DNA from: Reichenbachiella sp.
GTDB lineage: Bacteria > Bacteroidota > Bacteroidia > Cytophagales > Cyclobacteriaceae
Direction of reading: 5' to 3'
Assembly: GCA_051531955.1 (NCBI GenBank)
Contig: JAOPTS010000069.1
Coordinates: 20,079 to 84,078, forward strand
Length of the DNA stretch: 64,000 nucleotides
Shown here: positions 19,722-29,139 of the stretch, piece after piece
How the letters are laid out: every line of letters begins with the position of its first letter
Numbering within the stretch: position 1 is the stretch's first letter
Translations under genes and position numbers: made by a program
Notes under the pieces: generated by a model
What the model was told of the DNA's origin: nothing
What the model saw: the letters and a program-made list of their open reading frames with translations, nothing else
The model's database searches: none

Positions 19722-20972
19722 ATGTTAGAGGAAAGTCGATACTATTTCGAGCAAGCAGCCAAAGTCCTAGAGTTGGGAGACAAGGCGAAACATATGTTGC
19801 TAACCCCTTACCGGGTCATAAAGGTAGAGATCGTTACAGAAGGTCAAAATGGAGAACCCATGAATCATATGGGATACCGAGTTCAGCATGATAATTCGAG
19901 AGGCCCGATGAAAGGCGGTTTACGATATCATCCATCAGTTAATGAAGATCATTCCTTGGCATTGGCATCTTTAATGACTTGGAAGACTGCTATTGTCAAT
20001 GTTCCATTCGGAGGGGCCAAAGGAGGTATTAATTGCGATCCTAATGAATTGACTACTAAAGAGGTTCATGATATAACCCGTACGTTTGTCAGTCACATCA
20101 AAGAAGTAATAGGACCTAATCTAGATATTCCAGCACCTGATGTTAATACCAATGCTGATATTATGGCTTGGATTATGGATGAATATTCGAATCATTACGG
20201 GTTTTCACCTGGAGTAGTTACGGGTAAACCGGTTCATTTATTTGGGTCGTATGGTAGGGAAGAGGCGACTGGGAGAGGCGTTACCATTGCACTCGAAGAA
20301 GCATTGAAAGATCAAGGGAAGTCATTGGAAGGGATCAGGGTGGCGATACAAGGGTTTGGTAACGTAGGTAGTTTTGCGGCTAAATTGATTGCAGAAAAAG
20401 GAGGGAAGATAGTTGCAGTAGGTGATCATAAAGGAGGTGTGTCTAATGAAGAAGGATTAGACGTGCCAGCATTAATGTCTTATGCTAAGGAACACAGGAC
20501 TGTAGATGGGTTTACTGGTGGTGATGAATTTGTCAGTACGGAAGTATTGACATGGGATTGTGATGTGTTGATACCAGCCGCGCTCGGAGAAGTTTTGACG
20601 AAAGAAAATGCAAATGATGTCCAAGCAAAGATAATTGTAGAGGCGGCTAACGGACCTACCACTCCTCAAGCGGATGAGATTTTTGAGAAAAAAGGAATTC
20701 TTGTAATCCCAGATGTGTTTGCCAATGCTGGTGGTGTGACCGTTAGTTATTTTGAATGGGCGCAGAATATTCAGCAATTCAGATGGGAATTAGAACGCAT
20801 TAATAATGAATTGTATAAGACGATGACTACTGCATATGCTGATGTCAAACGAATAGCAAAGGATAAAAATGTCAACATGCGTACGGCAGCTTATGTATTG
20901 GGGATTGGTAGGGTTGCGCGAGCTACCTTATCTAGGACACATTTTAATATGCCCAAATTCGATGATTATTAA
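19722..20972 (+). CDS. gdhA: Glutamate dehydrogenase (Glu/Leu/Phe/Val family)
   Basis: GPMKGGLRYHP, MTWK, GGAKGG, PAPDV, QGFGNVG and SYFEW motifs. Confidence 0.93.
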   Translation: MLEESRYYFEQAAKVLELGDKAKHMLLTPYRVIKVEIVTEGQNGEPMNHMGYRVQHDNSRGPMKGGLRYHPSVNEDHSLALASLMTWKTAIVNVPFGGAKGGINCDPNELTTKEVHDITRTFVSHIKEVIGPNLDIPAPDVNTNADIMAWIMDEYSNHYGFSPGVVTGKPVHLFGSYGREEATGRGVTIALEEALKDQGKSLEGIRVAIQGFGNVGSFAAKLIAEKGGKIVAVGDHKGGVSNEEGLDVPALMSYAKEHRTVDGFTGGDEFVSTEVLTWDCDVLIPAALGEVLTKENANDVQAKIIVEAANGPTTPQADEIFEKKGILVIPDVFANAGGVTVSYFEWAQNIQQFRWELERINNELYKTMTTAYADVKRIAKDKNVNMRTAAYVLGIGRVARATLSRTHFNMPKFDDY

Positions 20973-20981
20973 ATATAATGT

Positions 20982-21038
20982 AAGATCTCAGTACCAAGAT
21001 TAAAGACTTAAGGTTTTTTGTCTTGGTACTGAGATCTT
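20982..21038. terminator. Bidirectional terminator hairpin
   Basis: Perfect 18-bp inverted repeat AAGATCTCAGTACCAAGA / TCTTGGTACTGAGATCTT between convergent genes. Confidence 0.8.
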
Positions 21039-21047
21039 GAAGTTAGA

Positions 21048-21752
21048 TCAATCACAATGGGTAATATTACCATCCAAAGGGTAGAAGAATCCAATGGCAG
21101 GACTCAAATATGGGATGTCCAAATTCAACCCTCTCAATATCAAGAGTAGCCCTAACGCCATTATAAATATCGAAGAGAATTTATTGAGGTAACGACCCGA
21201 AAAACGTTTGACTACATTGGCTGAAAGTGCGACTGCTAGCATAGCTGGAAATGTTCCTAATCCAAATACTGCCATGTATGATATAGCAGTTATGGGCTTT
21301 CCCGTCACCGCTGCACCTGTCAAAGCAGCATATACTAAACCACAAGGTAAAAAACCGTTGCTAATACCTAGACCTATCGAGGATAGGTTCGTTCCACTTT
21401 TTATCATGGAGCCTAGTTTTGTTCTAAACCAACTGTTGAGTTTGAAGAATATTCCTCCTGTGTTGATCAAGTTGAGTTTGGTCAGTAATGCAATGCCCAA
21501 AAAGATCATAAAAACACCCGCTAATATCGAGAGTGTCTGTTGAAAACTGCCGAACTGAATGCTTTCACCCAAAAGGCCAATTAACAATCCCATTGCTGAA
21601 TAGGTAATGATTCTACCGAAATTATACAATACTCTCGTACCTATAAATTTGCGGAAAGAACTTTGGTTGGACATGGATAACGCAATAGGGCCACACATCA
21701 CCACACAGTGTATACTACCTAAAAATCCAAGTATGAGGGCACTCCAATACAT
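21048..21752 (-). CDS. DsbD_2/TauE-like membrane protein of cbb3 assembly clusters
   Basis: SIHCVVMCGP and GFLPCGLVY motifs. Confidence 0.88.
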   Translation of the reverse strand: MYWSALILGFLGSIHCVVMCGPIALSMSNQSSFRKFIGTRVLYNFGRIITYSAMGLLIGLLGESIQFGSFQQTLSILAGVFMIFLGIALLTKLNLINTGGIFFKLNSWFRTKLGSMIKSGTNLSSIGLGISNGFLPCGLVYAALTGAAVTGKPITAISYMAVFGLGTFPAMLAVALSANVVKRFSGRYLNKFSSIFIMALGLLLILRGLNLDIPYLSPAIGFFYPLDGNITHCD

Positions 21753-22181
21753 CTAGAGAATAATGGTTTGTTCTACGTAATAAGAAGTGTCACCTATAGA
21801 CCAAAGAAGTTTTACCGTCCATTTCCCACCTACAAATTCAGTGAGAGGGAAAGATTGAATGTTATTTTCATTCAATTGAATTTCAAATTCTCTGTCCAGT
21901 CCAGCATGAGAGGCTCTGAAAAATTTAACTTTACCTTCAGGATCTTTGATTGAGCTGGGAAAGGAGACCTGCACATTGTCAGCACTTACCGAAATACTAG
22001 GTTTCTCACTTAATGCATTGTAGTTGTTTTTTCTATCGATTTGATCTTGATAGGTCAATTCTTCTTCATAATAGTCCGGTGCTACGAGGAAGAAATCTTG
22101 TCTAACACAAACTGTAACTAAGGCAGCAAGAAAGGCTGCAAATAGTATAAATGTAATCGTTATTTTGTGTCCCCAATTCAT
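21753..22181 (-). CDS. ccoH: FixH/CcoH
   Basis: MNWG N-terminus, TM helix, LVAPDYYEEEL; follows ccoG. Confidence 0.88.
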   Translation of the reverse strand: MNWGHKITITFILFAAFLAALVTVCVRQDFFLVAPDYYEEELTYQDQIDRKNNYNALSEKPSISVSADNVQVSFPSSIKDPEGKVKFFRASHAGLDREFEIQLNENNIQSFPLTEFVGGKWTVKLLWSIGDTSYYVEQTIIL

Positions 22182-22202
22182 GAGTGTTGAATTTAAATTC
22201 TG

Positions 22203-22234
22203 AACAATTGAAGTTCAATATTGAACTCATTGTT
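22203..22234. other. Intra-operon hairpin between ccoG and ccoH
   Basis: AACAAT..AGTTCAA-TA-TTGAACT..ATTGTT. Confidence 0.45.
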
Positions 22235-22257
22235 AATTAGAAATAATGAAGTGTAAG

Positions 22258-23670
22258 CTATCTTAATACGATTGGTCCTAGGAATGTAGCGTTTTCTTCT
22301 GCCATGAGCTCACCATCATGATAGAATCCAATTTGTATTTTGGACTTAGTAGTAGTCAATTGTTCCCTTGGGATCATGATCAAATAAGTAGCTGAGAATG
22401 TATTGTTTGATTCAATAATAATTTCTTCGCTTCCAATTTGTTTGATTTCTGCATTTTCAAAGTTCAATACCTTCATCTCCAAGTCTATGGTGTCGAAAGT
22501 TTTATTTACAAATTGAATATTATAAAGGTTACTAACCTTGCCGTCATCTGTTTTGGAATACAATGATCCCGGTGCTTTTAGAACCGTCACATCTATATCC
22601 GTTCTAGACAGTAACATGAATGATAAGAATGAAACTAATGCAATCAATATGACAGTGTATCCAATAATACGTGGAGTGAACAACTTTGAAATCCCTTCTT
22701 CAATACCTTTGAATGAACTGAAACGGATCAAGCCTGTAGGTTTTCCTACTTTAATCATCACTTCATCACACGCGTCTATACAAGCTGTACAATTGACACA
22801 TTCTAATTGTGTGCCATTACGAATATCGATACCAGTAGGACAGACATGAATACAAAGTTTGCAATCGATACAGTCTCCTGCATCACTATTTTCTTTGTCT
22901 TTCTTTAGCTTTTCACGTGGCTCACCTCTCAACCAATCGTACATGACGACAATAGATTCTTTTACGAGAAGTACGCTTTGTAGTCGGCCATATGGGCAAA
23001 CAGCAACACAAGCTTGTTCTCTAAAAAAGGCAAACACCCAGTAAAATATTCCTGTAAATACAGTCAGTCCGATGAAACCTGAAAGGTTGTTCATTGGGGA
23101 TTGACTTATGATGGTTTTGACCTCTTCTACTCCGATCAAATAAGCCATCACTGTGTGCGCAATTAGAATAGCAATTAATAAGAAGATGGTTTGTTTTAAC
23201 CCTTTCTTCCTAATCTTTTCCCAACCCCAGGGTGCAGCATTTAGTTTTCTTTGTCTGTTGGCATCACCTTCTATCCAATACTCGATCTTTCTGAAGACCA
23301 TCTCCATGAACAACGTCTGAGGGCACGCCCACCCGCACCATACACGACCAAAGGCCACAGTGAATAGAATTATGAAAACAAAAAATGTGACCAGTAATAC
23401 TGCAAGTAAGAAGAAGTCTTGCGGCCAAAAAGTTTGTCCAAGAATGATGAATTTTCGTTCAAATACATTCAAGAGGAGGAGTGGTTGCCCTCCAATCTTA
23501 ATAAATGGTCCTGAAAATAATAGTGACAGTAAAAATACTGTCACTATTATTCTATAGTTCTGGAATTGACCTTTTGGTTTTTTTGGGTAAACCCATATGC
23601 GTTTACCAGATTCGTCAACAGTCGCTATCGTGTTACGAAACTCTTCTTCAAACTCATAGTGATTTTCCAT
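22258..23670 (-). CDS. ccoG: cbb3 oxidase accessory protein CcoG
   Basis: GRVWCGWACPQT, CPYGRLQ, CIDCKLCIHVCPTGIDIR and CVNCTACIDAC motifs. Confidence 0.96.
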   Translation of the reverse strand: MENHYEFEEEFRNTIATVDESGKRIWVYPKKPKGQFQNYRIIVTVFLLSLLFSGPFIKIGGQPLLLLNVFERKFIILGQTFWPQDFFLLAVLLVTFFVFIILFTVAFGRVWCGWACPQTLFMEMVFRKIEYWIEGDANRQRKLNAAPWGWEKIRKKGLKQTIFLLIAILIAHTVMAYLIGVEEVKTIISQSPMNNLSGFIGLTVFTGIFYWVFAFFREQACVAVCPYGRLQSVLLVKESIVVMYDWLRGEPREKLKKDKENSDAGDCIDCKLCIHVCPTGIDIRNGTQLECVNCTACIDACDEVMIKVGKPTGLIRFSSFKGIEEGISKLFTPRIIGYTVILIALVSFLSFMLLSRTDIDVTVLKAPGSLYSKTDDGKVSNLYNIQFVNKTFDTIDLEMKVLNFENAEIKQIGSEEIIIESNNTFSATYLIMIPREQLTTTKSKIQIGFYHDGELMAEENATFLGPIVLR

Positions 23671-23705
23671 TACTTCTTCTATTCATTCACCAAAGTGGAC
23701 TTACA

Positions 23706-24593
23706 CTATTCACTTTTAGCTTCAACATACTTCTCTCCTTGTGCACTTTTTGCATTTGGAGGGTTAGTACCTCTAAGTGTATAGATGTAAGAGTTGACAG
23801 CATTGATATTGGCTGGGGATATTACATCTTTCCATGCAATCATACCTTTTTCAACTACTCCATCGGAAATAGTATTAAATACTTCGCTTGCACTTCCTCC
23901 ATGTATCCAGAATTCATCTGCTAGGTTAGGTCCGATACCACCTTCACCACCAGCTTTATGACAAGCCACACAATTTCTCTCATAGATAGTTTTACCTTTT
24001 GCTAATATCTCAGCATCATCAGAGAATGTGATATTTGATAAATCAATAGCATCTTCAGATGAACTAGCACTGGCTGCTTTTAATGCTTCTGCTTGAGCAA
24101 CTTCTATTTCATACTCCTCAGCAGGTAATGGGCTGATATTTGCAACGTGGTAAACGACCATATAAACAACTGCAAAAACGATAGAAAGGTTAAATAACCA
24201 TTTCCACCAAGGTGGGAGGTGATTATCCAACTCTTTGATGCCATCGTAGTTGTGATCTAGTTCAATGCTTGCTTCTTCTTCCAATGGAATAGCATCCGTT
24301 AATTTTTTGTCTAAACGTGCCCACCAACTAGGTCCTTTTTTAACAGGTACACCTATAGTTTTAGCTTCGTCTTCCAATTGCTCATTGACTAATACCTTTA
24401 GGATATTCAATAAAACTATACAGACAACAAGAACGATCAAGGTAACAACCAAAGCCAGTGACAATACAATTGCAGTAAAGTCACTATTCGATAAGGTCAT
24501 TGATCCACCTTGTGCGTAGGTGTTTGTGCTAGCAAACAATAACATGATTGCAGCTAACACCATTTTTATATATTTATAACTTTTTAATTTCAT
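23706..24593 (-). CDS. ccoP: cbb3 oxidase subunit III (mono-heme CcoP)
   Basis: DHNYDGIKELDNHLPPWW, one CVACH, GPNLADEFW; alternative start TTG at 24620. Confidence 0.93.
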   Translation of the reverse strand: MKLKSYKYIKMVLAAIMLLFASTNTYAQGGSMTLSNSDFTAIVLSLALVVTLIVLVVCIVLLNILKVLVNEQLEDEAKTIGVPVKKGPSWWARLDKKLTDAIPLEEEASIELDHNYDGIKELDNHLPPWWKWLFNLSIVFAVVYMVVYHVANISPLPAEEYEIEVAQAEALKAASASSSEDAIDLSNITFSDDAEILAKGKTIYERNCVACHKAGGEGGIGPNLADEFWIHGGSASEVFNTISDGVVEKGMIAWKDVISPANINAVNSYIYTLRGTNPPNAKSAQGEKYVEAKSE

Positions 24594-24606
24594 ATCTACT
24601 GGATTT

Positions 24607-24768
24607 TCAGAGTTTGTCAATCGGTAAATTTTTCATTTTATCGATATAGTCGCTATCCGTTCTGAATACCCACCATAGCAATCCTATGAAAAACACGAAG
24701 AAAATTGTAAGGGAAATTATTGGCCAAACTTCCACATTATGTATTTGCTCAAAATAATATTTAAACAT
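24607..24768 (-). CDS. ccoQ: cbb3 oxidase subunit CcoQ
   Basis: MFKYYFEQ..IISLTIFFVFF..MKNLP; a single-TM protein between ccoNO and ccoP. Confidence 0.85.
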   Translation of the reverse strand: MFKYYFEQIHNVEVWPIISLTIFFVFFIGLLWWVFRTDSDYIDKMKNLPIDKL

Positions 24769-24778
24769 GGCTTTTCCT

Positions 24779-26896
24779 TTATTGTTTAACAGTAATATCT
24801 GTACCCAGACGCTGTAGATAAGCAATCAAAGCAATGATTTCTTCTTCTCCAGTAGCGTCAATTCCGTCTGCTTTTAGACTTGCAACGATTACTCTCGCTT
24901 GCGCCGCTAAGTCCTCATTCGCTATCTGCTCATATCCTTCTGGATACGGAACCCCTACAGTTCTAAGTGCATTGATTTTTGCTTCTGTACTTTCTGTGTC
25001 TATTCTTTGTTCAAATAACCAAGGATAAGCTGGCATAATCGATCCAGCAGATACTGCACTAGGTTCCAACATATGGTTGAAGTGCCAAGTGTTTGATTTT
25101 TTCAATTTACCAACCCCTTCTCTAGCCAAATCTGGTCCTGTACGTTTTGACCCCCATAAATGTGGATGATCATATACAAATTCACCTGCCTTAGAGTATT
25201 CACCATATCGTTCTGTTTCAGATCTAAATGGCCTTATCATTTGAGAGTGACAGTTGTTACACCCTTCTCTGATATAAAGATCACGCCCTTGCATCTCTAG
25301 TGGAGTATAAGGTTTAACTGATGCGATAGTTGGAATATTAGATTCTATTAAGAATGTTGGCACCATTTCAATGACTCCTCCTATCAAAATCGCAACTAAA
25401 GTTAATGATGTAAATATCAAAGGTTTTCTTTCGAGTACTCCATGCCAGTGACCACCTGTGATTACTTTATTCTCTAGTGGAGCAGCTTCTGCAGCCTCAT
25501 TAGGAATGAACACTCCTTGTGCAGCTGTTTTCATTAAGTTGTAGATCATGATGAATACACCGGTCAAATACAACGATCCACCAACAGCTCTCAACATGTA
25601 CAATGGTACAATTTGAACAACTGTTTCAAGAAAGTTTTTATATACTAGGAAACCTTCAGCATCGAATTGTTTCCACATCAAACTCTGTACAACTCCGGCA
25701 ACATACATAGGTAGTGCATAGAAGATGATACCTAGTGTGCCTACCCAAAAGTGAATGTTGGCTAATTTGGTAGAGTATAATTTAGTATCCCACATTTTTG
25801 GAACCATCCAATAGAATATACCGAAGATGATGAATCCGTTCCAACCTAAACCTCCTACATGAACATGTGCTACGATCCAGTCAGTATAGTGAGCAATAGC
25901 ATTTACTTCTTTTAATGCTAGAAGAGGACCTTCTAAAGTCGCCATGCCATATGCGGTTACAGCAACAACCATGAATTTCAAAACAGGATCTTCTCTTACA
26001 CGGTCCCATGCACCTCTCAATGTAAGGAGACCATTTAGCATCCCCCCCCAAGACGGAGCGATCAACATGATTGAAAATGCAACTCCTAAAGACTGCGCCC
26101 AATCTGGTAATGAAGTATATAATAAGTGATGAGGTCCAGCCCAGATATAGATAAATATCAATGACCAGAAGTGAATAATAGATAGTCTATATGAATAAAC
26201 AGGTCTATTCGCCGCTTTTGGTAAGAAGTAATACATCAAACCTAAGAATGGTGTAGTAAGGAAGAATGCCACAGCATTGTGTCCATACCACCACTGTACC
26301 AAGGCATCTTGAACGCCGGCGTACCAAGTATAACTTTTGAACAAAGAGACAGGTATTGCAAATGAATTAACAATATGCAAAACGGCAACTGTCACGAAAG
26401 TGGCGATAAAGAACCAGATAGCCACATACATGTGACGTTCTCTTCTTTTTAAGATCGTACCTATCATGTTGATACCGAATACTACCCAGATCAATGCAAT
26501 AGCTATATCAATTGGCCATTCCAATTCTGCATATTCTTTACTAGTAGTAAAGCCTAGTGGCAGTGTGATAGCTGCTGCTAAAATGATGCATTGCCATCCC
26601 CAAAAATGAACCCAAGACAAAGAGTCGTTGAACATTCTGGCTTTCAACAATCGTTGCATAGAGTAGTACACTCCAGCGAACATGGCGTTACCAACGAATG
26701 CGAAAATAATCGCATTGGTATGCAATGGTCTTACACGACCAAAAGTCGTGTATTGCAAGTCAAAGTTGAAAGCGGGATAGAATAACTGGATGGCTGCAGT
26801 AAGGCCTGCTAGCATGCCGACAACACCAAAAATGGTTGAGGCAATAACAAAATACTTTACGATCTTATTGTCGTAATTGAATTTCTCTAGTTCCAT
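24779..26896 (-). CDS. ccoN: Fused cbb3 oxidase subunit I/II (CcoNO)
   Basis: RPLHT, WWYGHNAV, GPHH and HVH heme-copper ligands; C-terminal EGCNNCHSQMIRP and WGSKRTGPDL. Confidence 0.97.
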   Translation of the reverse strand: MELEKFNYDNKIVKYFVIASTIFGVVGMLAGLTAAIQLFYPAFNFDLQYTTFGRVRPLHTNAIIFAFVGNAMFAGVYYSMQRLLKARMFNDSLSWVHFWGWQCIILAAAITLPLGFTTSKEYAELEWPIDIAIALIWVVFGINMIGTILKRRERHMYVAIWFFIATFVTVAVLHIVNSFAIPVSLFKSYTWYAGVQDALVQWWYGHNAVAFFLTTPFLGLMYYFLPKAANRPVYSYRLSIIHFWSLIFIYIWAGPHHLLYTSLPDWAQSLGVAFSIMLIAPSWGGMLNGLLTLRGAWDRVREDPVLKFMVVAVTAYGMATLEGPLLALKEVNAIAHYTDWIVAHVHVGGLGWNGFIIFGIFYWMVPKMWDTKLYSTKLANIHFWVGTLGIIFYALPMYVAGVVQSLMWKQFDAEGFLVYKNFLETVVQIVPLYMLRAVGGSLYLTGVFIMIYNLMKTAAQGVFIPNEAAEAAPLENKVITGGHWHGVLERKPLIFTSLTLVAILIGGVIEMVPTFLIESNIPTIASVKPYTPLEMQGRDLYIREGCNNCHSQMIRPFRSETERYGEYSKAGEFVYDHPHLWGSKRTGPDLAREGVGKLKKSNTWHFNHMLEPSAVSAGSIMPAYPWLFEQRIDTESTEAKINALRTVGVPYPEGYEQIANEDLAAQARVIVASLKADGIDATGEEEIIALIAYLQRLGTDITVKQ

Positions 26897-26981
26897 ATTA
26901 CTTGTTATGTGAGAGTTTTAATTAATTCGCTAAACTAGCTTAATAATGATTTTAGAAGCATGTTTTTTACAAAATTCGAAC

Positions 26982-26995
26982 ATGATATGAATCAT
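26982..26995. promoter_or_regulatory. Fnr-like box ATGAT-ATGA-ATCAT upstream of ccoN
   Basis: Palindrome centred 51.5 bp from the first base of the -7-like TAGTTTAG (26937-26930, minus strand). Confidence 0.7.
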
Positions 26996-27021
26996 AAAAA
27001 TAATGTTGACTTTCAAATTAA

Positions 27022-27070
27022 AAATAAAGCAGCACTTATCAAAAAAATAATTTTGATGTGCTGCTTATTT
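27022..27070 (-). terminator. Terminator of the usp-usp-PLDc_N operon
   Basis: AAGCAGCAC..ATCAAAA / TTTTGAT.GTGCTGCTT stem, with a T-rich tail on the minus strand. Confidence 0.7.
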
Positions 27071-27097
27071 AAATATTTGAAAACCTGATATTTATGA

Positions 27098-27301
27098 TCA
27101 AGCGCTATAAAGTTTACTCGATATCATAAAAACAACAGGCCCAGCAATAGGTAAGAATACGACGATTATAAACCAGATCACTTTGTTGGTTTTTTTCATT
27201 TTACTCTTTGAAACTAGTATGAGCGCCCAAATAGTAAGGGCTGCTGCGATGATGGCTACAATTGCTTCTAACATGATCGTAGTTTTTAAATTCCTATTCA
27301 T
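27098..27301 (-). CDS. PLDc N-terminal-domain small membrane protein
   Basis: KVIWFIIVVFLPIAGPVVF signature. Confidence 0.8.
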   Translation of the reverse strand: MNRNLKTTIMLEAIVAIIAAALTIWALILVSKSKMKKTNKVIWFIIVVFLPIAGPVVFMISSKLYSA

Positions 27302-28130
27302 GCACAGTCAGCAATGGAATGTTAGATTTCATTGCCATTTCTTTGGTTATACTCTTGTTCAGTAAGCGATCAAAGAATTTTTTATTTTTTGGTAGCATAA
27401 ACAAGATGTCGATATTCAGCAATTCTATTGCTTGGTTCAGATTTTCTGAAACCGCTTCTTTCGTTTTTCTAAGGCTGGTGAACTCTGGTTCTAAGCCATT
27501 GAAGTAATCTGCAAGTTTCACCTTTTGATCATCGTAAATGAATTTTGGAGAATCGATTTTTGAGATAAACAATATGTTCAGCTTAGCTTCGAATGTTATA
27601 GCTAATGCTTTTACAACTTCCAGCTTGCCCAAATCTATCGGTTCATCAAAATTGATAGATAACCCTATTTTTTTTATATTCAAGGCAGTGATGTTCTCAG
27701 GAATCACCAATACAGGAACCTTGGAGATAGAAATTAAGTCGGCAGTTTTACCGCCCAACAATTTTTCAAATATTCCATGATCGGTTTTGGTGCCACTGAT
27801 GACCAAGTCAATATTTCCTTCTTCCAACGTACTGTATATCGCGTTTTGATATGAGGAGTTATATTTCCTAGTGTTACAGTCCAATAGTTCCAACTGTTCC
27901 CTTTCAATGAGTTCTTTGTAGCTGGAATCGATTTGATGCGTATACTCTGAAATCAATGGCTGTATGACACTGTCAACTCCGATGACTTCAGGGTGAGGAT
28001 GTGGAGTTTCTATAGCAGTCACCATTTCGATTGAGGCCTCTAGACGTACTGCCAAAGTTTTGGTGATTCGTAGTGCATTGACTGCACACTTAGAAAAGTC
28101 CATTGGCACGAGAATCTTGTTAATTTTCAT
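27294..28130 (-). CDS. Universal stress protein (tandem USP)
   Basis: KILVPMDFS and VPVLVIP motifs. Confidence 0.9.
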   Translation of the reverse strand: MKINKILVPMDFSKCAVNALRITKTLAVRLEASIEMVTAIETPHPHPEVIGVDSVIQPLISEYTHQIDSSYKELIEREQLELLDCNTRKYNSSYQNAIYSTLEEGNIDLVISGTKTDHGIFEKLLGGKTADLISISKVPVLVIPENITALNIKKIGLSINFDEPIDLGKLEVVKALAITFEAKLNILFISKIDSPKFIYDDQKVKLADYFNGLEPEFTSLRKTKEAVSENLNQAIELLNIDILFMLPKNKKFFDRLLNKSITKEMAMKSNIPLLTVHE

Positions 28131-28154
28131 GACTAGTGAGTTTAATAGTGAAAG

Positions 28155-29012
28155 TTATTTTTTTAATCCTTTAATGTTCATGGTCCAAACTGGGATAACG
28201 CTGTGATTGACTACATCCTCAGCAATACTGCCCATGAATAAGTGCATCAACCCTTTGTATCCGTGTGTACACAAGGCAATCATATCTGCTTTGATCTTCC
28301 ATGAAAAGTTTAAAATGCCATCTTCGGTTTGAAAATCTTTGTGAATATGCACTTCGTAGTTTTTCAAACCCTGCTCTTCTGCCATTCGATGCAGTGCATC
28401 TTCTGCCAATGATTCTGCTATTATGTTATGAGGCGTTTCGATATACAACAAGTGAATTTTTGCATTAAAGAACTCTTGATAAGCTTTAAATAATTTAAGA
28501 ATAGGAGCTTGATCTAAATCTAAACTTGTTGGGAATACAATATTTTTAAGACTCTTAATCTCTTGTGACTCATGAACCGTGAGGACAGGGCAATGTGCAT
28601 TTCGAACTACTTTTTCAGCATTGGACCCTACGAAGAATTCCTTGAGGCCAGTAGCTCCCTTGGTGCCCATGATAATTAAATCAGGGTTGTTTTTTTTGAT
28701 TTCACTACTGATTCCGTCATACGCATTGCCCATCATGATGTCAGAAGTGATATTTGTACCGCTGTATTCAGGTTTGAGTATGATGGTTTTTATTCTTTCT
28801 TTCGCGTTCTTGATGAGCTCCAATGTGAATACTTGATCCATTTGGTCTGTCACACTAATTTCACCAGTAATGTGAAAGGTAGTAGCTAACGGGTATTCTA
28901 TCACATGTAGAATATTAACTTCTCCATTGACAGCTTTACTGAAATCAACTGCGAAATCTAATGCTGCAACAGCATATTCGCTAAAATCAAAAGGGACAAG
29001 AATCTTTTTCAT
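28155..29012 (-). CDS. Universal stress protein (tandem USP)
   Basis: MKKILVPFDFS, MGTKG..GSNAEKVVR and GSIAEDVVNH motifs. Confidence 0.93.
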   Translation of the reverse strand: MKKILVPFDFSEYAVAALDFAVDFSKAVNGEVNILHVIEYPLATTFHITGEISVTDQMDQVFTLELIKNAKERIKTIILKPEYSGTNITSDIMMGNAYDGISSEIKKNNPDLIIMGTKGATGLKEFFVGSNAEKVVRNAHCPVLTVHESQEIKSLKNIVFPTSLDLDQAPILKLFKAYQEFFNAKIHLLYIETPHNIIAESLAEDALHRMAEEQGLKNYEVHIHKDFQTEDGILNFSWKIKADMIALCTHGYKGLMHLFMGSIAEDVVNHSVIPVWTMNIKGLKK

Positions 29013-29123
29013 GACAGTGTTGTTTATGATTATCAAATTCCCGAAAACCTTATGTTGGTTTTCTGCTTATATAAATTTCTCTAATATAAAAGGGTTTTCA
29101 AAAGACATTTGTCAACTTATAAA

Positions 29124-29137
29124 ATGACCCCCGTCAT
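29124..29137. promoter_or_regulatory. Fnr-like box ATGAC-CCCC-GTCAT upstream of the usp operon
   Basis: Perfect 5-4-5 palindrome in the intergenic region. Confidence 0.65.
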
Positions 29138-29139
29138 CT

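Noticed and set aside
29102-29115. Additional Fnr-like site AAGACatttGTCAA
   Set aside because: Only one good half-site, so it was not counted among the boxes.
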